A stretch of DNA of 64,000 bases from NCBI RefSeq assembly GCF_058153355.1, contig NZ_CM177019.1. One strand, given 5' to 3'. The notes under the pieces are model-generated. The model did not search any database. It saw only the letters and a program-made list of their open reading frames with translations, and had not been told where the DNA came from. Each line of letters begins with the position of its first letter. Position 1 is the stretch's first letter. Shown one piece after another: positions 50,882 to 60,466 of the stretch. Made by a program: the position numbers and the translations under genes.

Positions 50882-51703
50882 ATGCGATTAGCAAGTCGTT
50901 TTGGTTATGCTGCAAACCAGATACGCCGTGACCGTCCGCTGACACATGAAGAACTGATACGCCATGTACCCAGTATTTTTGGGGAAGACCGGCACACCTC
51001 CCGCAGTGAACGGTATGCGTACATTCCCACCATTACCGTCCTGGAAAATCTGCAGCGGGAAGGCTTTCAGCCGTTCTTCGCCTGCCAGACCCGTGTGCGC
51101 GACCCGGGCCGCCGGGGATACACAAAACACATGCTGCGTCTGCGGCGGGCCGGAGAGATAAACGGAGAACATGTCCCTGAAATTATTCTGCTCAACTCTC
51201 ATGACGGTACCTCCAGCTACCAGATGCTGCCGGGTTACTTCAGGTTCGTCTGCCAGAACGGGTGCGTCTGTGGCCAGTCTCTGGGGGAAGTGCGTGTTCC
51301 ACACCGGGGAAATGTAGTGGAGAAAGTTATCGAAGGGGCTTACGAGGTGGTGGGCGTGTTTGACCGGATAGAGGAGAAGCGTGATGCCATGCAGTCGCTG
51401 GTCCTGCCGCCACCGGCACGCCAGGCGCTGGCACAGGCGGCACTGACTTACCGTTATGGTGACGAACATCAGCCCGTCACCACCGCCGACATTCTGACGC
51501 CGCGACGCCGGGAGGATTACGGTAAGGACCTGTGGAGCGCATATCAGACCATCCAGGAGAATATGCTGAAAGGCGGGATTTCCGGTCGCAGTGCAAAAGG
51601 AAAACGTATCCATACCCGGGCCATTCACAGCATTGATACCGACATTAAGCTCAATCGCGCATTGTGGGTGATGGCAGAAACGATGCTGGAGAGCCTGCGC
51701 TGA
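50882..51703 (+). CDS. DUF932-family island protein (YfjQ-like)
   Basis: 273-aa ORF MRLASRFG...EIILLNSHDGTSSYQMLPG; recognised as the conserved CP4-type island family. Confidence 0.75.
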   Translation: MRLASRFGYAANQIRRDRPLTHEELIRHVPSIFGEDRHTSRSERYAYIPTITVLENLQREGFQPFFACQTRVRDPGRRGYTKHMLRLRRAGEINGEHVPEIILLNSHDGTSSYQMLPGYFRFVCQNGCVCGQSLGEVRVPHRGNVVEKVIEGAYEVVGVFDRIEEKRDAMQSLVLPPPARQALAQAALTYRYGDEHQPVTTADILTPRRREDYGKDLWSAYQTIQENMLKGGISGRSAKGKRIHTRAIHSIDTDIKLNRALWVMAETMLESLR

Positions 51704-51784
51704 TGCCGTTTCCCTGAGTGAGGGAATCATTCAGCTTTCGTTCCTGAAAAACACACATTTATTTGTTATTTAAGGAGTTATCTC

Positions 51785-52264
51785 ATGAAAACCGTTTCTC
51801 AGAATACCCCCACAATTTATTCAGCTACAACACCAGAGAATAATCCGCCTCAGTTGGTTGCCAGCCTCGTCCCTGATGAACAGCGCATCAGCTTCTGGCC
51901 GCAGCATTTTGGCCTCATTCCACAGTGGGTGACCCTGGAGCCCCGTGTCTTCGGCTGGATGGACCGTCTGTGCGAAGACTACTGCGGTGGTATCTGGAAT
52001 CTGTACACCCTGAACAACGGCGGGGCATTTATGGCACCCGAACCGGATGACGATGATGACGAAACATGGGTACTGTTCAATGCCATGAACGGTAACCGCG
52101 CAGAAATGAGCCCGGAAGCCGCCGGTATTGCCGCCTGTCTGATGACGTACAGTCATCATGCCTGTCGTACGGAGAATTATGCCATGACGGTCCATTATTA
52201 CCGGTTGCGGGATTACGCCCTGCAGCATCCGGAATGCAGCGCCATTATGCGCATCATCGACTGA
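51785..52264 (+). CDS. Antirestriction protein (KlcA/ArdB-like, YfjX family)
   Basis: 159-aa ORF with acidic DDDDDE stretch and the WPQHFG...CEDYCGG pattern of island antirestriction proteins. Confidence 0.75.
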   Translation: MKTVSQNTPTIYSATTPENNPPQLVASLVPDEQRISFWPQHFGLIPQWVTLEPRVFGWMDRLCEDYCGGIWNLYTLNNGGAFMAPEPDDDDDETWVLFNAMNGNRAEMSPEAAGIAACLMTYSHHACRTENYAMTVHYYRLRDYALQHPECSAIMRIID

Positions 52265-52279
52265 ATGGAGAGAAGCACA

Positions 52280-52756
52280 ATGCAACAACTTTCCTTTCTG
52301 CCCGGAGAGATGACGCCCGGCGAGCGCAGCCTCATTCAACGGGCCCTGAAAACCCTGGACCGCCATCTTCATGAACCCGGCGTGGCCTTCACCTCCACCC
52401 GTGCAGCACGGGAATGGCTGATTCTGAACATGGCGGGACTGGAGCGTGAAGAATTCCGGGTGCTGTATCTGAACAACCAGAATCAGCTGATTGCCGGTGA
52501 AACCCTCTTCACCGGCACCATCAACCGCACGGAAGTCCATCCCCGGGAAGTGATTAAACGCGCCCTGTACCACAATGCCGCTGCCGTGGTACTGGCACAC
52601 AATCACCCGTCCGGTGAAGTCACACCCAGTAAGGCAGACCGGCTTATCACCGAACGTCTGGTACAGGCACTGGGCCTGGTGGATATCCGGGTGCCGGACC
52701 ATCTGATAGTCGGTGGCAACCAGGTTTTCTCCTTTGCCGAACATGGTCTGCTTTAA
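52280..52756 (+). CDS. yeeS: RadC-like JAB-domain protein
   Basis: Start MQQLSFLPGEM; JAMM-like motif HNHPSGEVTPSKAD. Confidence 0.85.
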   Translation: MQQLSFLPGEMTPGERSLIQRALKTLDRHLHEPGVAFTSTRAAREWLILNMAGLEREEFRVLYLNNQNQLIAGETLFTGTINRTEVHPREVIKRALYHNAAAVVLAHNHPSGEVTPSKADRLITERLVQALGLVDIRVPDHLIVGGNQVFSFAEHGLL

Positions 52757-52818
52757 CCCTTCACAACCACATCACACCTGTTTTCACTTTTATCTTCTGT
52801 CTTCAGAGGTATCCCATT

Positions 52819-53040
52819 ATGAAAATTATCACCCGTGGTGAAGCCATGCGTATTCACCAACAACATCCGACATCCCGTCTTTTTCCGTTCTGTACCGGTA
52901 AATACCGCTGGCACGGCAGTGCTGAAGCGTATACCGGTCGTGAAGTGCAGGATATTCCCGGTGTGCTGGCCGTGTTTGCTGAACGCCGTAAGGACAGTTT
53001 TGGTCCGTATGTCCGGCTGATGAGCGTCACCCTGAACTGA
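52819..53040 (+). CDS. yeeT: DUF987 protein YeeT
   Basis: 73-aa ORF MKIITRGEAMRIHQQHP...; conserved position before cbeA. Confidence 0.85.
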   Translation: MKIITRGEAMRIHQQHPTSRLFPFCTGKYRWHGSAEAYTGREVQDIPGVLAVFAERRKDSFGPYVRLMSVTLN

Positions 53041-53113
53041 GTGGGAATTCTGATGAGCAGAATTATCGCCACTACCGGACCATTCTTAGCCGATTTTCTG
53101 TAAGGATTTTATC

Positions 53114-53482
53114 GTGTCAGACACACTCCCCGGGACAACACTTCCCGACGACAATCACGACCGCCCCTGGTGGGGGCTGCCCTGCACCGTGACGCCCTGT
53201 TTCGGGGCACGTCTGGTGCAGGAGGGTAACCGGTTGCATTACCTTGCCGACCGCGCCGGTATCAGAGGCCTGTTCAGCGATGCAGATGCGTACCACCTGG
53301 ACCAGGCCTTTCCGCTGCTGATGAAACAACTGGAACTCATGCTCACCAGCGGTGAACTGAATCCCCGCCATCAGCATACCGTCACGCTGTATGCAAAAGG
53401 GCTGACCTGCAAAGCCGATACCCTCAGCAGTTGTGGTTACGTTTATCTGGCTGTTTATCCGACGCCCGAAATGAAAAATTAA
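53114..53482 (+). CDS. cbeA: Type IV antitoxin CbeA (YeeU)
   Basis: 122-aa ORF matching CbeA/YeeU. Confidence 0.88.
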   Translation: MSDTLPGTTLPDDNHDRPWWGLPCTVTPCFGARLVQEGNRLHYLADRAGIRGLFSDADAYHLDQAFPLLMKQLELMLTSGELNPRHQHTVTLYAKGLTCKADTLSSCGYVYLAVYPTPEMKN

Positions 53483-53570
53483 CTCTCCAGAATAGCCTTC
53501 TGCTACGGCCTGGTGTTTTCACCACGCCACTTTTCCATTTTTATATCTGCATATCAGGAAAATCTTCAGT

Positions 53571-53944
53571 ATGAAAACATTACCTGTATTACCCGGGCAG
53601 GCGGCCAGTTCTCGCCCGTCTCCTGTTGAAATCTGGCAGATACTGCTGTCCCGACTGCTGGACCAGCACTATGGCCTCACACTGAATGACACACCTTTTG
53701 CCGATGAACGTGTGATTGAGCAGCATATTGAGGCAGGCATTTCACTGTGTGATGCGGTGAACTTTCTCGTGGAAAAATACGCGCTGGTGCTACCGACCAG
53801 CCGGGATTCAGCGCCTGTACCCGCTCTCAGTTAATAAACAGCATCGATATCCTCCGGGCTCGCAGGGCGACCGGCCTGATGACCCGCGACAATTACAGAA
53901 CGGTAAATAACATTACCCTGGGTAAGTATCCGGAGGCGAAATGA
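53571..53944 (+). pseudogene. cbtA: Type IV toxin CbtA (YeeV), frameshifted
   Basis: ORF stops at 53834 after 87 aa; N-terminus matches CbtA and the C-terminal third continues in another frame to TGA at 53942-53944. Confidence 0.7.
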
Positions 53945-54135
53945 TGACACTGGAAGCCGACAGCGTTAACGTACAGGCGCTGGATATGGGGCACATTGTC
54001 GTTGACATTGATGGTGTTAATATCACTGAACTGATTAATAAGGCCGCTGAAAACGGTTATTCACTCCGCGTGGTGGATGACCGTGACTCTACCGAAACAC
54101 CGGCAACTTATGCCAGCCCTCACCAGTTGCTGTAA
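53941..54135 (+). CDS. yeeW: CP4-44-type island protein YeeW
   Basis: 64-aa ORF MMTLEADSVNVQALDMGHIVVDIDG; overlaps cbtA stop. Confidence 0.8.
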   Translation: MMTLEADSVNVQALDMGHIVVDIDGVNITELINKAAENGYSLRVVDDRDSTETPATYASPHQLL

Positions 54136-54490
54136 GACAATGCAGTGATGCAGGGTATAGTGCCATTAACCACAGAAACAGCACTGTTGTCCTGTATTAA
54201 GCAGGCAAGAGAAGATGTCCTTACCCTGCGCCATCTGCAGCTTCTGCACCAGAACCGGTGAATCTCACTCAACAGGCTTCATTTCCCCTGACGCCAGCCT
54301 GAATACAGCTGGCGTTTTCATTTATAAACAGAAAGGAAAACCGATAATAATGGAATGGACGCCCCGACCATGAAGCAACGGTAGGATATTACTGATAAAC
54401 CTTCCAGTGGAGGTGCGTTATGGCCGTTTTAACGATTAGCATTGACCTGACAAAAAATGAATTCCAAATCCACGGTCTGGGTAGGAACAG

Positions 54491-54552
54491 AAAAATCTAA
54501 GCTCAGAAAACGGATTAAAGTAAAAATCTAAGCTCAGAAAACGGATTAAAGT
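54491..54552 (+). repeat. Perfect 31-bp tandem duplication (2 copies) abutting the left end of IS110-family copy 2
   Basis: aaaaatctaagctcagaaaacggattaaagt at 54491-54521 and again at 54522-54552. Confidence 0.9.
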
Positions 54553-54560
54553 AAGGCAGT

Positions 54561-56070
54561 ATGACTTTCCGTGAGACAGATGCTGGCCAACGTGGGATAT
54601 TTAACGCGGGTTAACATCGTTGTCAGAGCCGCATGGGTGAGCTGTTGCTACACCCCGGTATTTCCACCACGGAGGCCAGCATGAACAACAATAACACATT
54701 GTACGTCGGGTTAGATGTTCACAAAGAATCGATTACTGTCGCTTATGCTATCAATTCAGAACCTGTTGAACTGATGGGTAAAATTGGCACATCACCTACT
54801 GATATTCAGAATCTTTGTAAACGTCTCAGGTCAAAGTCATCGCAGGTCAGTATCGTTTATGAAGCGGGGCCCTGTGGTTATGGACTTTATCGTCGGCTGG
54901 TGAAATCCGGTTTTGACTGCATGGTCTGCGCCCCCTCACTTATCCCGAAAAAACCGGGGGAGCGGGTTAAAACCGATCGCCGTGATGCCATCAGACTTGT
55001 GCGTTCACTGCGTGCAGGAGATCTTTCTGCTGTCTACGTACCCGGCATTGAAGATGAGGCATTCCGGGATTTGGCCCGGGCATGGGCATCTGCCCGCGAT
55101 GATTTACGGCATGCAAGGCAACGTCTGAAATCGTTTCTTCTGGTTCATGGGGTCCATTATGTCGGGCGAGCAGATTGGGGCCCTGCACACCGACGCTGGC
55201 TCAGCAAATACTCATTCGAAAGTCCCTGGCGACAATTAGCTTTTGACGAACACCGTCGTACAATAGAAGACCGGCAGGCACAATGTGAACGGCTGGAATC
55301 CGCCCTGAAGGAGGCCGTTACCGAATGGAGGCTGTATCCGGTAGTAGAGGCGCTGCAAGCCATGCGAGGGATTCAGTTTATTACTGCGGTTGGATTAATT
55401 TCTGAACTGGGTGATCTGACCCGTTTTGAACATCCACGACAACTGATGTCATGGTTTGGTATCACGCCATCAGAATATTCATCGGGTGGAAGCAGACATC
55501 AGGGCAGCATTACCAAAGCCGGAAACAGCTATGCCAGAAAGCTATTGGTCGAGGCAGCGTGGAGTTACCGTCATCCGGCACGCATCAGTCCGGCAATACA
55601 AAAAAGGCAGGAAAATTTACCCCGCCCCGTCATTGACAGAGCATGGGATGCTCAACTCAGGCTTTGTAAGAGGTATCGAAAACTTCAGGCCAAAGGAAAG
55701 AATGTCAATATTACAATTGTTGCTGTTGCACGTGAGCTGGCGGGTTTTATCTGGGATATGGGCCGAATAGCAATGTCTGTCGCACAACAACCACAATGTC
55801 ACAAATAAAAAATGAGAATAACCAGTTCCCTGAAGGCGACGTAGCCCGGTACAAGAGTAACCCACGTTAGCGCTTGGCGACGGCGGAACAAAGCTGATTC
55901 GCGACGTAAGAAAGTGGCAGGCTCATATGACGGACCTCTGTAATGCGGTATCCAACCCGCGAATATCAGCGTGATTCACCGTCGGATTTACTGCTACGTC
56001 GCCCTCAGGGAATTAAACCTAAAAAGAAAATCGTCAAAATTAGAGATTCCGGTTTGACACGGAAAGTCAT
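54561..56070 (+). mobile_element. IS110-family insertion sequence, copy 2 (inverted relative to copy 1)
   Basis: Ends atgactttccgtg (54561) and cacggaaagtcat (to 56070); internal sequence identical to copy 1 over all inspected ORFs. Confidence 0.85.
54681..55808 (+). CDS. IS110-family DEDD transposase/recombinase
   Basis: Same 375-aa protein as copy 1; GGAGG RBS at 54671. Confidence 0.88.
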   Translation: MNNNNTLYVGLDVHKESITVAYAINSEPVELMGKIGTSPTDIQNLCKRLRSKSSQVSIVYEAGPCGYGLYRRLVKSGFDCMVCAPSLIPKKPGERVKTDRRDAIRLVRSLRAGDLSAVYVPGIEDEAFRDLARAWASARDDLRHARQRLKSFLLVHGVHYVGRADWGPAHRRWLSKYSFESPWRQLAFDEHRRTIEDRQAQCERLESALKEAVTEWRLYPVVEALQAMRGIQFITAVGLISELGDLTRFEHPRQLMSWFGITPSEYSSGGSRHQGSITKAGNSYARKLLVEAAWSYRHPARISPAIQKRQENLPRPVIDRAWDAQLRLCKRYRKLQAKGKNVNITIVAVARELAGFIWDMGRIAMSVAQQPQCHK

Positions 56071-56740
56071 ATCAGCGTTAATGGAGAATCATATTGATGC
56101 TTATTTATTGGTGAGAACTACGTTCCATGGCAGGAGTTCATCAATACGGTTGGAAGGTTATTCCGGCAGTACGCTCAGGATATGGCGCAGATACGCTTCC
56201 GGATCAATGTCGTTCAGAAGGCAAGTGCCGATAAGCCCATACAACAGTGCACTGCGCTCGCCGCCGAAGAACATAAAGTTTTTATTTCCGAGACAGATGG
56301 CACAAAGGGCTTTTTCCGCGGCATTATGTCTGCCTCCGCCTGACCGTCAACACTGTAATAACAGAGTGCGCCCCACTGATTCAGTACACAGCTGAACCAT
56401 TCTCCCAGTCTGGATTTTTGGATAGCGTGGCATTTTTCTCCACCATGCATGCAGTGAGTCCAGTAACAGTTTGCTCTTCTTCTGCCTGACCACAAGATGT
56501 GCTGGACTGGTAAACGATGGGGATACCTGCTTACGCGAGAGCAATAAGTGGCTGGCCACAATTCTCGGTACAAAACTCTGCTGAATAGCAGCGATTTTCC
56601 CAGCGTGGTGCGTCGTTTGCATTTTACTGGTTCTAAGTTAACAATTATCTGTTCACTAATGACTACTCTAAAAACTTGTATCAGGACTATCACTTATTTA
56701 AGTGATATTGGTTGTCTGGAGATTCAGGGGGCCAGTCTAT
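56071..56740 (-). mobile_element. Composite IS remnant: IS66-like tnpC 3' fragment plus IS2-like terminal fragment
   Basis: 56071-56400 encodes an IS66 TnpC C-terminal tail on the minus strand, about 85-90% identical to the remnant at 22600-22770; 56650-56740 is an IS2-type terminal repeat (GGGGGCCAGTCTA). Confidence 0.65.
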
Positions 56741-58012
56741 AAACTTTTTACAAAAGGATGAATGCAGAAGGTTACTCTAATGGCCAGAGTGATGACAATG
56801 ATGGTCAGACGTTGACCTGCAGAAACTGCATTTTAATTGGTCTATAAAGTCTGCAAGAGGAATCAGGGTCAGATCAGTGAGTCTTATCGCGGCCCGAAGC
56901 TATGACTGAAAGAAGGCTGGATACAGAATTGCAACAATTTGGCAATGTCAGAACACAGAAGCTTTGCAAGCAGGTGAAAGGTTATGTCTAGCAAAAGGAG
57001 TATATCAGAATACATCTACTGATGTACAAAACACAACAATAGCTTCATGATATATAAATACGTGATGACGAGTGGTACTCCGCATGGTTATTTAACTTCT
57101 CAGCACCACTAATGATCCTGAGCAACTTCGTATTTGGGCCATTGCCATGGAGTAGAAAGCTGTGTCTGAGAATGCAGAATTTGAGAAAAGAATTCGCTTT
57201 CTTGGAGAGCTTCTGAAAATGGCACGCTAACAACGTTTTGTTAAAAAATGTGAATCACTTGCCGGGGCTGCATTTTCTATTCGAGGAGAATGTTGACGTA
57301 GATATTACAGAAATCTCAGCGCATCAGGATAAACTGCTACCTTAGGTCAACCACCAAAAGAAAATACAATACGTCCAGTTTGTATGCCTTTAATAACACA
57401 TCTTTTAAATGTTGAAGAATTATCCCGCCTGCTGAAGAACGTTGCTCTGAGTGTGATAAACCTTTTTATTCTTGATGATGTCAGCGAGAAGATGGAATAT
57501 ATCCCCGACTGGGTCGTGGTTACCCGGTTAAACATCTGGTGGCGCTAATAAATCTGGCAAGTCACATTCTGTTGAATGCTGTGACAGTGCCTTACCGAGA
57601 GAGCGAAATTGTGGTGTTCTAGTGCATAGTCGCCACCATTCCGGATAATTCTATTGCGTTGTTTTACAAGTTCTTTTACAGCGCAGATCTGTCGCTGACG
57701 TTGAATCAATAGCCTGGATTTCAGAACACAATGCCCGTTTGCTGGTTGGTCCGGCAGTAGCATTAATTCATTATCTGAATGAAATGTGTCAATCCACAGA
57801 AACCGCTGTCAATGACACATTTTGTCGGACGTTAACACGAGAAAGTCTGGCTATTCCGTAATGCCATCTTATTTCGTAATGGATTGAGAATGCTGGATTT
57901 TTAATTATATTACGCGCAGTATTAATCGCGTAAATGTTTTGCGGTCAGCAACGGTGGGGGATCCATTGTTCTGTTCAATGAATACCATCATACATTTGAA
58001 TCAGGAGTCGGT

Positions 58013-58558
58013 ATGATGATTTTGGTGACGGGGGGCGCACGGAGCGGGAAGAGTCGCCACGCAGAGGCGCTTATTGGGGACTCTTCACAGGTTCTGTATA
58101 TCGCTACCTCGCAAATCCTTGATGATGAGATGGCTGCACGGATAGAACATCATCGGCAAGGCCGCCCGGCGCACTGGCGCACAGTGGAGCGCTGGCAACA
58201 TCTTGATGAATTAATTCATGCAGACATTAACCCGAATGAGGTTGTGTTGCTGGAATGCGTTACCACAATGGTGACTAATCTGTTGTTTGATTATGGCGGC
58301 GATAAAGACCCTGATGAATGGGATTATCAGGCGATGGAACAGGCGATTAATGCTGAGATTCAGTCGTTGATTGCTGCCTGCCAACGTTGCCCCGCAAAGG
58401 TTGTATTAGTGACTAACGAAGTGGGAATGGGGATTGTGCCGGAGAGTCGTCTGGCACGACATTTTCGTGATATTGCCGGGCGGGTAAATCAGCAGTTGGC
58501 CGCTGCGGCAAATGAAGTATGGCTGGTGGTTTCGGGTATTGGAGTAAAAATCAAATGA
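58013..58558 (+). CDS. cobU: Adenosylcobinamide kinase / adenosylcobinamide-phosphate guanylyltransferase
   Basis: 181-aa [21 protein letters not shown] with P-loop. Confidence 0.93.
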   Translation: MMILVTGGARSGKSRHAEALIGDSSQVLYIATSQILDDEMAARIEHHRQGRPAHWRTVERWQHLDELIHADINPNEVVLLECVTTMVTNLLFDYGGDKDPDEWDYQAMEQAINAEIQSLIAACQRCPAKVVLVTNEVGMGIVPESRLARHFRDIAGRVNQQLAAAANEVWLVVSGIGVKIK

Positions 58559-59322
58559 GTAAATTATTTTGGGCGATGCTCTCATTTATTACGCGTCTGC
58601 CTGTACCGCGTCGCTGGTCCCAGGGACTGGATTTCGAGCATTATTCTCGCGGTATTATTACTTTTCCTTTAATTGGATTATTGCTTGGCGCGATTAGCGG
58701 GCTGGTCTTCATGGTGCTGCAGGCATGGTGTGGCGTACCACTGGCGGCACTGTTTAGCGTACTTGTGCTGGCGCTGATGACCGGGGGATTCCACCTGGAC
58801 GGCCTCGCCGATACCTGTGATGGCGTATTTTCTGCACGTAGCCGCGATCGCATGTTGGAAATCATGCGTGATAGCCGTTTAGGCACCCATGGCGGTCTGG
58901 CATTGATTTTTGTTGTACTGGCAAAGATTCTGGTATTAAGCGAGTTGGCTCTGCGTGGCGAACCGATCCTTGCATCGCTGGCGGCAGCATGTGCGGTCAG
59001 CCGCGGGACTGCCGCATTATTGATGTATCGTCATCGTTATGCGCGGGAAGAAGGGCTTGGCAATGTGTTCATTGGCAAAATTGATGGGCGACAAACCTGC
59101 GTCACACTCGGCTTAGCCGCTATTTTTGCTGCCGTATTATTGCCGGGTATGCATGGTGTGGCTGCTATGGTGGTGACGATGGTGGCGATTTTCATCCTCG
59201 GTCAGCTTCTCAAACGTACGCTGGGCGGGCAAACCGGCGATACGCTGGGAGCTGCTATAGAGCTTGGTGAACTGGTCTTCCTGCTGGCACTGCTATCTGG
59301 CACTGCTATAAAGAGACGTGAC
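58555..59322 (+). CDS. cobS: Cobalamin synthase; no stop codon, reads through in frame into cobT
   Basis: [17 protein letters not shown]...; ORF tool reports one 627-aa ORF 58519-60402; 13-bp direct repeat CTGGCACTGCTAT at 59284-59296 and 59297-59309 sits where the stop is expected. Confidence 0.8.
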
Positions 59323-60402
59323 ATGCAAACACTTGCCGATTTACTGAATACGATCCCTGCTATCGATCCTGCCGCTATGTCGCGTGCACAACGGCATATT
59401 GACGGGTTACTCAAACCTGTTGGTAGCCTGGGAAGGCTGGAGGCGCTTGCCATACAACTGGCGGGAATGCCGGGGTTGAATGGCATACCGCATGTGGGCA
59501 AAAAAGCGGTACTGGTTATGTGTGCCGATCACGGCGTCTGGGAGGAAGGGGTCGCTATTTCCCCAAAAGAAGTGACAGCCATTCAGGCTGAAAATATGAC
59601 CCGCGGAACAACCGGCGTGTGTGTGCTGGCAGCACAAGCGGGCGCTAACGTCCACGTAGTTGATGTTGGTATTGATAGTGCTGAGCCTATCCCCGGGCTT
59701 ATCAACATGCGTGTCGCACGAGGTAGCGGCAATATTGCTTCAGCTCCGGCAATGAGTCGCCGTCAGGCTGAAAAGTTGCTTTTGGACGTCATATGTTATA
59801 CGCGGGAGCTGGCAAAAAACGGTGTCACGCTGTTTGGTGTAGGTGAACTGGGGATGGCAAACACGACACCGGCAGCGGCAATAGTCAGCACAATCACTGG
59901 CCGGGATCCTGAAGAAGTGGTTGGGATTGGCGCAAACCTGCCGACAGATAAACTGGCTAATAAAATTGATGTTGTGCGCCGGGCGATTACGTTGAATCAA
60001 CCAAATCCGCAGGATGGCGTTGATGTCCTGGCAAAAGTGGGTGGATTTGATTTGGTCGGAATGGCTGGCGTGATGTTAGGCGCTGCTTCCTGCGGTTTAC
60101 CCGTGTTGCTGGATGGATTTCTTTCTTATGCTGCCGCGCTCGCAGCCTGCCAGATGTCTCCTGCAATCAAACCGTATCTCATTCCTTCTCACCTGTCGGC
60201 AGAAAAAGGGGCGCGTATTGCGCTGTCGCATTTGGGGCTGGAGCCTTATCTCAATATGGAGATGCGTTTAGGTGAGGGGAGTGGCGCAGCTCTGGCGATG
60301 CCCATCATCGAAGCTGCCTGTGCGATATATAACAACATGGGCGAACTTGCTGCCAGTAATATTGTTCTACCGGGGAATACGACTTCTGATTTGAACAGTT
60401 AA
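59323..60402 (+). CDS. cobT: Nicotinate-nucleotide--dimethylbenzimidazole phosphoribosyltransferase
   Basis: Region beginning [40 protein letters not shown], 359 aa to stop at 60402. Confidence 0.9.
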   Translation: MQTLADLLNTIPAIDPAAMSRAQRHIDGLLKPVGSLGRLEALAIQLAGMPGLNGIPHVGKKAVLVMCADHGVWEEGVAISPKEVTAIQAENMTRGTTGVCVLAAQAGANVHVVDVGIDSAEPIPGLINMRVARGSGNIASAPAMSRRQAEKLLLDVICYTRELAKNGVTLFGVGELGMANTTPAAAIVSTITGRDPEEVVGIGANLPTDKLANKIDVVRRAITLNQPNPQDGVDVLAKVGGFDLVGMAGVMLGAASCGLPVLLDGFLSYAAALAACQMSPAIKPYLIPSHLSAEKGARIALSHLGLEPYLNMEMRLGEGSGAALAMPIIEAACAIYNNMGELAASNIVLPGNTTSDLNS

Positions 60403-60466
60403 AAACGAAAAGTCTGATAAAAGCTATACTTAACGGATAGCTTTCGCGACTTAGGAAAGGGACATG

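Noticed and set aside
54491-54552. Possible CRISPR-like repeat
   Set aside because: Only two directly abutting identical units with no spacers; a tandem duplication, not a CRISPR array. No CRISPR array or cas gene was seen anywhere in the window.
56214-56693. 159-aa minus-strand ORF
   Set aside because: Chimeric reading frame spanning an IS2-like end fragment and an IS66-like tnpC fragment; an IS-remnant artefact, not a gene.
58519-60402. Single 627-aa ORF reported by the ORF track
   Set aside because: Not one ancestral gene: it is cobS plus cobT joined in frame, apparently by a 13-bp duplication; annotated as two genes and flagged as a finding.
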